From the human T2T-CHM13v2.0 reference genome, Homo sapiens, in NCBI RefSeq assembly GCF_009914755.1, contig NC_060941.1: a stretch of 64,000 nt of DNA. One strand, 5' to 3'. Shown here in pieces: positions 26,998 to 42,000 of this stretch. Under the pieces are notes generated by a model. The model had not been told where the DNA came from and searched no databases. It worked only from the letters and a program-made list of their open reading frames with translations. Positions within the stretch are counted from its first letter, which is position 1. Every line of letters starts with the position of its first letter. Position numbers and translations under genes: made by a program.

Positions 26998-27095
26998 TTC
27001 CATTCGAGTACATTGATTATTCCATTCCATTCCATTCGATGTTTCCATTCGAGTACATTGATTATTCCATTCCATTCCATTCGATGATTCCATTA
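26998..27095 (+). repeat. 45-bp tandem duplication in HSat2
   Basis: 'gagtacattgattattccattccattccattcgatg' at 27006 and 27051. Confidence 0.9.
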
Positions 27096-29709
27096 GAGTC
27101 CATTTGATGATTCTATTCCATTCCATTCGATAATTCCATTCGATTCCATTTGATGTTGACTCCATTCGAGTCCATTCGAGGATTATTCCATTCGATCCTA
27201 TTCGATCATTCCATTCGATTCCATTCGATGATGATTCCATTCGTGTCCATTCGATGATTCCATTTGATAAAATTCGATGATGATTCCATTCGATTGCATT
27301 TGATAATTCCATTCTATTCCATTCGATGATGATTGCTTTCGAGTCCATTCGATTATTCCATTCGAGTCCATTTGATTATTCCATTGAGTTCAATTCGATG
27401 ATGATAACATTGGATTCCATTCTATGATTCCATTCGATTCCATTTGTTCTTGATTCCATTCAATTCCACTCGATGATGATTCCATTCGATTTCATTCAAT
27501 GATTCTATTCAATTCCTTTCGATGATGAATCAATTCTATTCCATTGGATGATTCTATTCTATTCCATTCGATGATGATTCCATTCGATTGCATTTTATGA
27601 TGATTCCATTCATGTCCATTCGAAGTTTCCATTCGATTACATTGCATGATGATTCTGTTCCAGTCCATTCGATGATTCCATTCGACTGCATTTGACGATG
27701 ATTCCATTCAATGCTATTCAATGATTCCATTCGATTCCATTCGATAATGATTACATTTGACTCCATTTGATGATTCCATTCGAGTCCATTCAATGATGAT
27801 TGCATTCGTGTCCATTCGATGGTTCTATTCAATTCCATTCAATGATGATTCCATTAGAGTCCATTCAATGATTCCATTCGATTCCATTCAATGATGATTA
27901 CATTTGAATCCATTCAATGATTTCACTCGATTCTATTCAATGACTCTGTTCGATCCCATTGGATGATTTCCTTCGAATCCATTTCATGATCCTTCCATTT
28001 GATTGAATTTGGTGATTCCATTCGATTCTATTCAATGATTGTTCCAATCGAATCCTATAGATGATGATTCCATTCAATTCCATTTGATTATGATCATATT
28101 CGATTCCATTTGATGATGATTCCATTCGAGTCCATTCAATGATTCCATTCGATTCCATTCGATGATGATTCCACTCAAGTCCATTCGATGATTCCATTCG
28201 AGTCCATTCAATGATTTCATTAGATTCCATTGGAAGATGATTCCATTTGATGTCATTCGATGATTTCATTCATATCCATTCAACGATGATTGCATTCGTG
28301 TACATTCGATGATTCCATTCAATTCCATTTGATGGTCATTCCATTCAAGTCAATTCGATGATTGCATTCAATTCCATTCGTTGATGATTCCATTCTAACA
28401 CATTTGATGATTCCATTCGATTCCATTCGATTATGACTGCTTTCAGTTCCATTTGATGATGATTCCAACGGATTCCATTCTATTTCTTCATTTGATTCCA
28501 TTCGTTGATGATTCCATTCGTTTCCATTAGTTGATGATTCCATTAGATTTCATTCAATGATGATTCCATTTGATTCCATTCAATGACGATTCAATTTAAT
28601 TCCATTCAATTGTGATTCCACTCGATTCCATTCGTGGATTCCATTTGATTCCATTCGATGGTGATTCCATTCAAGTGCATTCAATGATTCCCTTCGATTC
28701 CACTCGATGATACTTCAATTTGAGTCCATTCGATGATTCCTTTCGATTCCATTTGATGATGATTCCATTCGAGTCCATTCGATGATTGTATTTGAGTCCA
28801 TTTGATGATTCCATTTGATTCCATGTGATGATGATTCCATCGAGTCCATTTGATGATTCCATTTGATTTCATTCCATGATGACTGCATTCGGTTCCATTC
28901 GATGATGAACCCAACGGACTCCATTCAATGACTCCATTCGATTCCATTCATTGATGATTCCATTCGGTCCCATTCGATGATGTTTCCATTCGATTCCATT
29001 CGATGATGATTCCATTTTACTCCATTCCATGATTACTCCATTCAATTCCATACAATGATGATTCCATTCAATTCCATTCGATGATTCCTTTTGATTCCAT
29101 TCAATGATGATTCCATTCTGCTCCATTCGATGATTCCATTCGATTCCATTCGATTATGATTCCATTCGATGATGATTGCATTCGACTCCATTCCATGATT
29201 ACTCAATTCGATTCCATTCAATGATGATTCCATTCAATTCCATTCGTTGATTCCTTTTGATTCCATTTGATGATGATTCCATTTGGCTCCAGTCGATGAT
29301 TCCATTCGATTCCATTTGATTATGATTCCATTCGATGATTCCATTCAATTCCATTTGATGGTCATTCCATTCGAGTCCATTCAATGATTCCATTCAATTC
29401 CATTTGATGATGATTCCATTCTAGTCCATTTGATGATTCCATTCTAGTCCATTTGATGATGACTGCATTCGGTTCCATCTGATGATGATTCCATCGGATT
29501 CCATTCTATTTCTCCATTTGATTCCATTCGTTGATGATTCCATTCGTTTCCATTAAATGATGATTCCATTAGATTGCATTCGATGATGATTCCAATCAAT
29601 TCCATTCAATGACAATTCCATTCAATTCCATTCAATGATGATTCCATTCGATTCCATTCAAGGGTTATTCCATTAGTGTCCATTCGATGATTCCATTTGA
29701 TTCCATTTG

Positions 29710-29812
29710 ATGGTGATTCCACTCAAGTACATTCAATGATTCCATTCAAGTCCATTCGATGTTGATTCCACTCAAGTACATTCAATGATTCCATTCAAGT
29801 CCATTCGATGAT
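29710..29812 (+). repeat. 49-bp tandem duplication in HSat2
   Basis: 'actcaagtacattcaatgattccattcaagtcc' at 29721 and 29770. Confidence 0.9.
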
Positions 29813-32800
29813 TCCTTTCAATGCCATTCAATGATGATTCCATTCAAGTGCATTCGATGATTCCATTCAATTCCACCGAAAGATAACTCCATTCAAGTCA
29901 ATTAGATGATTCCATTTGATTCCATGTGATGATGATTCCATCGAGTCCATTTGATGATACCATTTGATTCCATTTGATGCTGCGTGCATTCAGTTCCATT
30001 CGATGATGATTCCAAAGGACTCCATTCGATGACTCCATTCGACTCCATTCATCGATGATTCCTTTGGATTCCATTCGATGATGATTCCATTCAATTCCAT
30101 TCGATGATGATTCCTTTCAATTCCATTCGATGATTCCATTCGTGTCCATCCGATGATGATTCCATTCATCTCCATTTGATGATTCCATTCAAGTCCATTC
30201 GATTATCCATTCGAGTCTATTCGATGATTCCATTTGATTCCATTTGATGATTACTCCATTTGATTCCATTAGATGATACCTTTTGATTCCATTTGATGAT
30301 TCCCTTCGATTTCTTTCTATGATGATTCCATTCTATTCCATTCGATGATACCATTCTATTTGATTCAAAGATGATTCCTTTCAATTCCATTCGATGATGA
30401 TTCCATTCAATTCCATTTGATGATGACTGCATTCGGTTCAATTCAATGATGATTCCAACGGATTCCATTCGATTTCTCCATTCAACTGAATTCATTGTTG
30501 ATTCCATTCGATTCCAGTAGGTCATAATTCCATTGGAATCCCATCGATGATGATTAATTTCAATTCCATTCAATGATGATTCCATTCGACTCCATTCGAT
30601 GATGATTCCATTTGATTTCACTCGATGATTCCATTCAATTCCATTCGATGATTATTCCATTCGTGTCCATTTGATTATTCCATTCGATTCCATTCCATGA
30701 TGATTCCATTTGAGTCCATTCAATGATTCCATTGAAGTCCATTCGATGTTTCCTTTCAATTTCATTCTATGATGATTCCATTCGAGTCCATTGGGTGATT
30801 CCATTCGATTCCATTCGATGATGATTCCATTCGGGTCCATTCGATCATTGCCTTTGATTTCATTCGATGATGATTCCATTCGATTCCATTCGATGATTGC
30901 ATTCTATTTCATTCGATGATGATCCTATTCAAGTCCATTCTATGATTCCATTCGATTCCATTTAATGAATCCATTGGTTTCAATTCGATGATGATTACAT
31001 TGGATTCCATTCGTTGATGATTCCATTCGATTCCATTCGATGATGATTCCATTCAATTTCATTCAATGATTCTATTCGATTCCATTCGATGATGATTCTA
31101 TTCGATTCCATTGGATGATTCCGTTCGATTCCATTCGATGATGGTTCCATTCGTTTCCATTCAATGATGATTCCATTAGACTCCATTCGTTGATGATTCA
31201 ATTCGATTCCATTCAATGATGATTCCATTCAATGATATTTCCATTAGATTGCATTCGGTGATGATTCCAATCGAGTACATTCGAAGATTCCATTTGATTG
31301 CATTCGATGATATTTCCATTCGAGTCCATTCGATGATTACATTCAATTCCATTCTATAATGATTCCATTCGATGCCATTCTATGATTCCATTTGAATCCA
31401 TTCAATGATGATTCTAGTCGAGTCTTTTGAATGATTCCATTAGATTAAATTGAATGATGATTCCATTCGAGTCCATTCCATGATTCCATTAGATTCCATT
31501 TGATGATTATTCCATTCGAGTCCAATTGATGATTCCACTCGATTCCATTCGATTATGATTCCACTCGAGTCCATTCGATGATTCCATTTGATTCCATTCG
31601 ATTATTCCCTTAGATTCCATTCATTGATGATTCTATTTTATTCCATTCGATGATTCCATTTGTTTCCATTTGAAGATGTTTCCATTCGGGTCCATTCGAG
31701 GATTCCATTTGATCACATTCAATGATGATTCCATTCGTGTCCATTCGATGATTCCATTTGATTCCATTTGATGATGGTTCCATTCGAGTCCTTTCATTGA
31801 TTCCATATGATTCCATTTGATGATGATTCCATTCGACTCCAATTGATGATTCAATTCGATTCCATTCGATGATTCCGTTCTTTCCAATTCAATGACTCCA
31901 TTTGATTCCATTCGATGATGATCCCATTGGATTCCATTCGATGATGATTCCACTCGTTTCCACTCTATGATGATTCCCTTCAGTTCCAGGTGATGATGAT
32001 TCCATTAGATTATATTCAATGATTCAATGGTATTCCATTTGTTGAAGATTCCTTTCGAATCCATTTGATGTTTATTCCATTCGATTACATTCGATGATGA
32101 TTCTATTCGATTCCATTCAATGATGATTTCATTCGATTTCATTTGATGATTCTATTTGATACCATTTAATGATGATTCCCTTCTATTCCATTCGATGATT
32201 CCATTCGATTCCATTCCGTGATGATTCCATTTGATTGCATTTGATGATGATCTCATTCGTGTCCATTCGATGATTCCACTCGATTCCATTCAATGATGAT
32301 TCCATACGAGTCCGCTAGATGATTCAATTTGATTCCATTTGATGATTCCTTATGTTGCCATTCGAAGATTACATTAGATTTCATTGAATGATTATTCCAT
32401 TCGTTTCCATTCGATGATTCCATTGGATGATGATTCCATTCGATGCCATTCGAGAATTCCATTCGATTCCATTTGAGATTCCATTCTATTCCATTCGATG
32501 GTGATTTCATATGAGTCCATTCAATGATTGCATTTGATTCCATTCGATGATGATTACATTCGAGTCCATTTGATGATTCCATTCGATTTCATTTGATGTT
32601 GATTCCATTCGTTTCCATTCCATGTTTCCATTCGATTCCATTCAACGATAATTCCATTAGAGTTCATTGGATGGTTCCATTCGATTCCATTCGATGATGA
32701 TTCCATTAGAGTCCATTCTATGATTCCATTCAGTTCCATTTGATAATGATTCCATTTTATTCCATTCGAGGATTCCATTTGATTCCATTCGTTGACTGTT

Positions 32801-33071
32801 CCTTTCGATTCCATTTGATGATGGTTCCATTCGATTCCATTTGATGATGATTCCATTCTATTCCATTTGACGATGATTCCATTCGAGTCCATTCGATGAT
32901 AATTCTGTTCGAGTCTGTTTGATGGTGATTCCATTCAATTTATTTCGATGCTTATATTCGATTCCATTCGATGATGATTCCATCAGATTCCATTCGATGA
33001 TTCCATTGATTCCATTCGATGATGATTCCATTTGATTCGAATCATTGATGATTCCATTTAATTCCATTGGA

Positions 33072-33082
33072 TGATTCAATTA
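33072..33082 (-). promoter_or_regulatory. Exact DUX4 consensus motif (TAATTGAATCA on -)
   Basis: TGATTCAATTA on +. Motif only. Confidence 0.45.
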
Positions 33083-36000
33083 GATTCCATTCGATGATGA
33101 TTCCATTCGTGTCCATTCATTGATTCCATTAGATTCCATTCAATCATGATTCCATTCCTGTCCATTCGATGATTCCATTCAGTTCCATTTGATGATGATT
33201 CCATTGGATTCCATTCAATGATTCCATTTGATCCCATTCGTTGATGATTCCATTAGATTCCATTCGATGTTGATTCCATTCGCCTCCATTTGATGATGAT
33301 TCCATTCGATTTCATTCGATGATTCTATTCGTTTCCATTCTATGATGATTCCCTTCTATTCCAATCAATGATTCCATTCGATGCAATTTGATGAATACAT
33401 TCGATTCCATTCGATGATGACTGCACTCTATTCCATTTGATGATTCCATTCAATAACAATTCCATTCCATTCCATTCAATGATGATTCCATTCGTGTCCA
33501 TTCGATGATTACATTGGATTGCATTCGATGAGGATTCCATTCGTGTCCATTAGATAATTCCATTCGATTCCATCTGATGATGATTCCATTCGATTCCATT
33601 CGATGATTCCATTCAATTCCATTCATTGATGATTCCATTCGATTCCATTCAATGATTCTATTTGATTCCATTCGATGATGATTCCATTCGATGCCATTCA
33701 ATGGTTACATTTGATATCGTTCGATGTTGATTCCATTTGATTCCATTCAATGATTCCATTCGATTACATTCGATGATGATTTCATTTGAGTCCATTTGAT
33801 GATTCCATTTGATTCCCTTTGATGATGATTTCATTCGAGTCCATTCGATGATTCCATTTGATTACATTCTATGATGATTCCATTCGAATCCATTCGATGA
33901 TTCTATTTGAATCCATTTGATGATTGCTTTTGATATTCGATGATTATTCCATTCGAGTCCATTTGATAATTCCATTCAATTCTATTCGTTGATGATTCCA
34001 TTCGAGCCCATTTGATGATTCCGTTTGCTTCCATTCTCCGATGATTACATTCAAGTCCATTCAATGATTCCACTCGATTCCATACGATGTTGATTCCATT
34101 CGATTCCATTCGATGTTTCCATTCTATTCCATTCAATGACGATTCCATTCGTGTACATTAGATGATTCCATTCGATTCCATTCGATGATGATTCTATTCG
34201 TGCCCATTAGATGATTTCACATGATTCCATTCGATAATGATTGCATTCGAGTGCATTTGATGATTCCATTTGATTCCATTCGATGATGATTCCATTCTAT
34301 TCAATTCCTTGGTGATTCCATTCAATTCCATTCATTGATTCCATTCCATGCCATTCGACAATGATTCCATTTGATTCCATTTGATGATTCCACTCGATTC
34401 CACTTGACAATCATTCCCTTCGATTCCATTCAATGATTCCCTTTGATTCCATTTGATGATGATTGCCTTCGATTCCATTTGATGATTCCATTCGATTCCA
34501 TTCGATGATGATTCTGTTCAATTCCATTTGATGATTCCATTCGATTCCATTCGAAGATGATTCTGTTCAATTCCATTTGATGATTCCATTTGATTACATT
34601 CGAGGATTCCATTCGATATAATTCGATGATCATTCCTTTCAATTCCATTCAATGATTTCATTCGATTCCAAAGATGATGATTCCATTCAAGGCCATTCAA
34701 TGATTCCATTTGATTCCATTCGATGATGCTTCCATGTGATGCCATTAGATGTTTCCATTGGATTCCATTCAATGATGATTCCATTCGAGTCCATTTGATG
34801 ATTCTATTCGATTCCACTCACTGATAATTCCTTTCAATTCCATTCAATGATGATTCCATTTGAGTCCATTCGATGATTCGATTTGTGTCCATTTGATGAT
34901 TCCATTCGATTCCATTCGATGAGGACTCCATTCGAGTCCATTCAATGATTCCATTAGATTCCATTCGATGAGGACTCCATTCTTGTCCATTCAATGATTC
35001 CATTAGATTCCATTCGATGATGATTCCATTCGAGTTCATTCAAAGATTCATTTCGAGTCCATTCGATGATTCCTTGTGATTCCAAATGATGATGATTCCT
35101 TTCGAATCCATTCGATGTTTCCTTTCGAGTGCATTCAATGATTCCTTTCAATTCCATTCGATGATGATTACATTCTCTTCCAATAGATGATGATTTCATT
35201 CGATTGTATTCGATGACTCCATTCGATTCCATTCGATTGTGATTCCATTCTTGTCCATTAGGTGATTCCATTTGATTCTTGTCAATGATGATTCCGTTTG
35301 ATGCCATTCGATGATTTCATGTGATTCCATTAGATGATGATTCCATTCGATTCGATTCAATGATTCCATTTGATTCTATTTGATGATGATTCCATTCGAG
35401 TCCATTCGACGATTACATTCAATTCCATTAGATGATGATTTCATTCGGGTCCATTCAATGATTCCATTCGATTCAGTTTGATGATGATTCCATTTGAGTC
35501 CATTCGATGATTCCATTCGAGTCCATTCCATTATTCCTTTCGATTCCATATGATGATGATTCCATTCGAGTCCATACAATGATTCCATTCAATACCATTC
35601 GATGATGATTCCATTCGAGTCCATTTAACAATTCCATTCATTTCGGTTCAATGATGATTCCATTTGAGTCCATTCGATGATTCTCTTTTAGTCCATTCGA
35701 TTATTCCTTTCAATTCCATTTGATGATGATTCCATTCGATTCCATTTGATGATTCCATTCAATACCATTCGATGATGATGCCATTCGTGTCCATTTGATG
35801 ATTTCATTGGAGTCTATTCGATGATGATTCCATTTGAGGCCATTCAATGATTGCATTTGAGTCCGTTTGATGATTTCATTTGATTCCAATGATGATTCCT
35901 TTTGAGTCCATTCGATGATTCGATTTGTGTCCATTCGATGATTCCATTCGATTCCATTCGATGAGGACTCCATTCGAGTCCATTCAATGATTCCATTAGA

Positions 36001-39000
36001 TTCCATTCGAGTTCATTCAAAGATTCAATTCGAGTCCATTCGATGATTCCATTCGATTCCACATGATAATGGTTCCTTTCGAGTCCATTTGATGTTTCCT
36101 TTCGAGTGCATTCAATGATTCCTTTTGATTCCATTCGATGATGATTACATTCTCTTCCATTCGATGATGATTCCATTCGATTGTATTGGATGACTCCATT
36201 CGATCCCATTCGATTGTGATTCTATTCTTGTCCATTAGGTGATTCCATTTGATTCTTATCAATGATGATTCTGTTTGATGCCATTCGATGATTTCATGCG
36301 ATTCCATTCGATGATTCCCTTTGATTCCATTTGATGATGATTGCCTTCGATTCCATTTGATGATTCCATTCGATTCCATTCGATGATGATTCTGTTCAAT
36401 TCCATTTGATGATTCCATTCTATGTTGATTCTGATCAATTCCATTTGATGATTCCATTTGATTACATTCTAGGATTCCATTCGATATCATTCGAAGACCA
36501 TTCCTTTCAATTCCATTCAATGATTTCATTCGATTCCAATGATGATGATTCCATTCAAAGCCATTCAATGATTCCATTCGATTCCATTCAATGATGCTTC
36601 CATGCGATGCCATTAGATGTTTCCATTCGATTCCATTCAATGATGATTCCATTCGAGTCCTTTCGATGATTCTATTCGATTCCACTCGCTGATAATTCCT
36701 TTCGATTCGTTTCGATGTTTACTTTTTATTCTATTCGATGATGATTCCATTCGAGTCCATTGGTTGATTGCTTTCGAGTCTATTCGATGATTCCATTCGA
36801 TTCCATTCGATGATGATTCCATTCGATAATTACATCTGATTCCATTCGATGATGACTGCATTCGGTTCCTTTCGATGATGATTCGAACGGAATCCATTCG
36901 ATGACTCCATTCAATTACATTCATTGATGACTCCATTCGATTCCATTCAATGATGATTCCGTTCGATTCCATTCGATGATTCCACTTGTTTCCATTCGAT
37001 GATGATTGCATTCGAGTCCATTCGATGATTCCATTCAAGTCCATTCGATGTTTCCTTTCGATTCCACTAGACGTTGATTCCATTTGAGTCCATTCAATGA
37101 TTAAATTTGAGTGTGTTCCATGATTTCATTCGATTCCATTCGATGGTCATTCCACTTGAGTCCATTCGATTATTCCATTTTATTTCATTCCATGATGATT
37201 CCATTCGATTCCAATCAATGATTCCATTCGAGTCCATTTGATGATTCCATAACATTCCATTCGATGGTGATTCCATTTGATTCCATTTGATGATGATTCC
37301 ATTCGACTCCATTCAATGATGATTCCATTCGATTCCATTTGATGATGATTCCATTTGACTCCATTCGATCATGATTCCATTCGATTCCATTGGATGGTTC
37401 CATTCAATTCCATTCAATGGTTCCATTCGATTCCATTCAATGATGATTCCATTCGATTCCATTCCGTGATGATTGCATTCGATTCCATTCGATGTCTCCA
37501 TTCGATTCCTTTTGATAATGATTCCATTCGTGTCCATTGGATGATTCCGTTCAATTCTTTTTGATTATGATTCTGTTTGATGCCATTCGATGATTCCATG
37601 CCATTCCATTTGATGATGTTTCCTTTCGATTCCATGCCATGATTCCTTTCGATTCCATTTGATGATGATTCCATTCGAGTCCATTCAATGATTCCATTCA
37701 ATTCCATTCGATGATGATTCCATTCGGGTCCGTTTAATGATTCCATTCAATTCCGTTTGATGATGATTCCATTTGAGTCCATTTGATGATTCCGTTCAAT
37801 TCCATTCGATTGTTCCTTTTGATTCCATTTGATGATGATTCCATTCGATTCCATTCGATGATTCCATTCAATTCCATTCAATGATGATTCCATTCATGTC
37901 CATTTGACGATTTCATTCAATTCTATTCGATGATGATTCCATTCGAGGCCATTCAATGATGGCATTTGAGTCCGTTTGATGATTTCATTCGATTTCACTC
38001 AATGATGATTCCTTTTGGGTCCATTCGATGATTCTATTTGTGTCCATTCGATGATTCCATTCGATTCCATTCGATGAGGACTCCATTCGATTCCATTCAA
38101 TGATTCCATTAGATTCCATTTGACGATGATTCCATTCGAGTTCATTCAAAGATTCAATTGGAGTCCATTCGATGATTCCATTCGATTCCACATGCTGATG
38201 ATTCCTTTCGAATCCATTTGATGTTCCTTTCGAGTGCATTCAATGATTCCTTTTGATTCCATTCGATGATGATTACATTCTCTTCCATTCGAGGATGATT
38301 CCATTCGATTGTATTCGATGACTCCATTCGATTCCATTCGACTGTGATTCCATTCTTGTCCATTAGATGATTCCATTTGATTCTTATCAATGATGATTCC
38401 GTTTGATGCCATTCTATGATTTCATGCGATTCCATTTGATGATGATTCCATTCGAGTCCAATTGATGATTACATTCAATTCCACTTGATGATGATTCCAT
38501 TCGGGTCCATTCAATGATTCCATTCGATTCAGTTCGATGATGATTCCATTTGAGGCCATTCGATGATTGCATTCGAGTCCATTTGATGATTTCACTTGAT
38601 TCCACTCGATGACGATTCCTTTTGAGTCCATTCGATGATTCCATTCGAGTCCATTCGATGATTCCATTCGATTGCATTCGATGATGATTCAATTCGAGGC
38701 CAATCAATGATTCCATTGGAGTCTATTTGGTGACTCCTTTCTATTCCATTCGATGAGGACTCCATTCGAGGCCATTCGATGATTGCATTAGGTTCGATTC
38801 AATGATGATTCCATTCGAGTCCATTCAAACATTCAATTCGATTCCATTCAATGATTCAATTCAAGTCCATTCAATGATTCCATTTGATTCCACTTGATGA
38901 TGATTCCTTTCGAGTCCATTCAATGATTCCTTTCGAGTGCCTTCAATGATACCATTCAATTACATTCGATAATTCAATTCGAGTCCAATGATTCCATTCA

Positions 39001-42000
39001 GTTGCATTCGATGATTCCATACGATTTCATTCGATGATGATTCCATTCGAGTCCATTTGATGATTCCATTCGATCTCTTTCGAGCATGATTCCATTCGAG
39101 TCCATTCGATGATTCCACTCGATTCCATTCCATGATGATTCCATTCGATTCCATTCGATGATTATTCCATTCAAGTCCATTCGATGATTCCTTTCGATTC
39201 CATTCGATGATTTCTTCGTTTCCATTCGATGATGATTGCATTTGAGTCCATTCGATGATGATTCCATTCGACCAAATTCGATGATTCCAATCGATTTCAT
39301 CTGATGATTGGAGTCCATTTGGTGATTCCTTTAGATTCCACTCAAAGATGATTGCATTCAATTCCATTCCATGATACTATTCCATTCCATTCATTGATGA
39401 TTCCATTCGATTCCATTTGATGATTCCATTTTATTCCATTCGATGATGATTCCATTCGATTCCATTTGATGATTCCATTCTATTCCATTCGATGATGATT
39501 CCATTCGTGTCCGTTTGATGATTCCATTCTTTTCCATTCGATGATGATTCCATTCGAGTATATTCGATGATTCCATTCGAATCCATTCTATGATGATTAT
39601 ATTCGATTCCATTCGATGATTCCATTTGATTCCATTCGATGATTCCATTCGAGTACATTCGATGATTCCACTCGATTCCATTCAATGATAATTCCATTGG
39701 AGTCCATTTGGCGATTCCTTTAGATTCCACTCGAAGATGATTCCATTTGATTCTATTCGATGATACCATTTGATTACGTTCATTGATGATTCCATTCAAG
39801 TGCATTTGATGATACCATTCGATTCATTCGATGATGATTCCATTCGTTTCCATTCAATGATTCCATTCGATTCCATTCAATGATGATTCCATTCGAGTCA
39901 ATTCGATGATTCCATTGGAATCCATTTGATGATGATTCCATTCAGTGATTCCATTCAATTCTATTCAATAATGATTCCAATCGATTCCATTCGATGATGA
40001 TTCCACTGGATTCCATTCTATGATTGCATTTGATTCCATTAGACAATGATTCCATTTGATTCCATTCAATTCCATTTGATGATGATTGCATTCGTTTCCA
40101 TTAGATGATGATTCCTTTCGATTCCATTCGATGATGATTCCATTTGATAACATTCAATGATGATTCCATTCGATTCCTTTCATTGATTCCATTCGATTCC
40201 ATTTGATGATGATACCATTTGTGTCGATTCTATTATTCCGTTTGATTCCATTCAATGATGAATTCCATTCGATTCCATTCAATGATTGCATTCAAGTCCA
40301 TTTGATGATTCCTTTCAATTCCATTCGATGTTGATTCCATTCAATGCTATTCGATGATTGCATTCGATTTCATTTGATGATGATTCCATTTGACTCCATT
40401 CAATGATTCCATTTGAGTCCATTGTATTATTTCATTAGATTCCATTTGATGATGATTCCATTTCATGCCTTTTGACGATTCCATCTGATTCCATTCAATG
40501 ATGATTCCATTTGAGTTTATTTGATAATTACTGCATTTGATTCCATTCGATGATTCCATTTGATTCCATTCAATGATGACTCTGATCGATTCCATTCGAT
40601 GATTCCTTTTGGTTCCATTTGATGATTCCATTTGATTCCATTCGAAAATGATTCCATTCGAGTCCATTCAATGAATCCATTCGAGCCCATTCGATAATTC
40701 TATTTGAGTCCAATCCATGATTCCATTCGAGTTCATTCGATCATTCCATTTGAGTCCATTCAATGATGATTCCATTCGAGTCCATTCGATGATTCCATTC
40801 GAGTCCATTCCATAATTCCATTTGTGTCCATTCGATGATGCTTTTGATTCTGTTCGATGATATTCCATTAGAGTCCGTTTGATGATTCCTTTCAATTCTA
40901 TTCAAAGATGATTCTTTTAGTGTCCAGTCGGTGATTCCATTCGATTGCATTCGATGATGATTCCTTTCGAGTCCATTCGATGATTCCATTCAAGTCCATG
41001 CAATGATTAAATTCAAGTCCATTTGATGATTGCTTTCAATTCCACTTGATGTTTCCATTCGAGTAAATTCGATGATTCCATTTGATTCCATTCGATGATG
41101 ATTCCATTCGAGTCCATTTAATGATTCCATTTGATTCCATTCGATGGTGATTTCATTCGAGTCCATTCAACGATTCCATTTGATTCCATTCGATGATGAT
41201 TCCATTCGAGTCCATTCAATGATTCTATTTGAATCCATTTGATGATTGTGTTTGATTATACTTGATAAAGATTCCATTTGAATCCATTCAATGATGTTTC
41301 CATTCGCATCCCTTTGATGATTCCATTTGATTCCATTCGCTGATGATTACTTTCGAGTCCAATCAATGATTCCTCTCAATTCCATATGATGATGATTCCA
41401 TTCCATTCGATGATTCCATTCTATTGCATTCAATAATGATTCCCTTCGAGTAAATTAGCTGACTCCATTCGATTCCATTTGATGATTATTCTATTCGTAC
41501 CCATTAGATGATTCCACACGATTCCATTCAATGATGATTCTATTCGAGTCCATTCGATGATTCCATTCAATTCCATTCGAGGATGATTCCATTCAATTCC
41601 ATTCATTGGTGATTGCATTCAATTCCATTCATTGATTCCATTCCATTCCATTCGCCAATGATTCCATTCGATTCCATTCTATGATTCCACTTGATTCCAC
41701 TTGACAATGATTCCACTCGATTCCATTCGATGATTCCATTTGATTCCATTCAATGATGATTGCGTCAATTCCATTCGATGATTCCATTCGATTCCATTGG
41801 ATGATGATTCCATTCGATTTCATTTGATGACTCCATTCGATTCCATTGGATGATGATTCCTTTCGATTTCATTTGATGATTCCATTTGATTCCATTCGAG
41901 GATTCCTTTCGATTCCATTCGATGATGATTCCATTTGAGTCCATTCGATGATTTCATTCGAGTCCATTCAATGATTCAATTGGAGTCCATGTGATGATTC

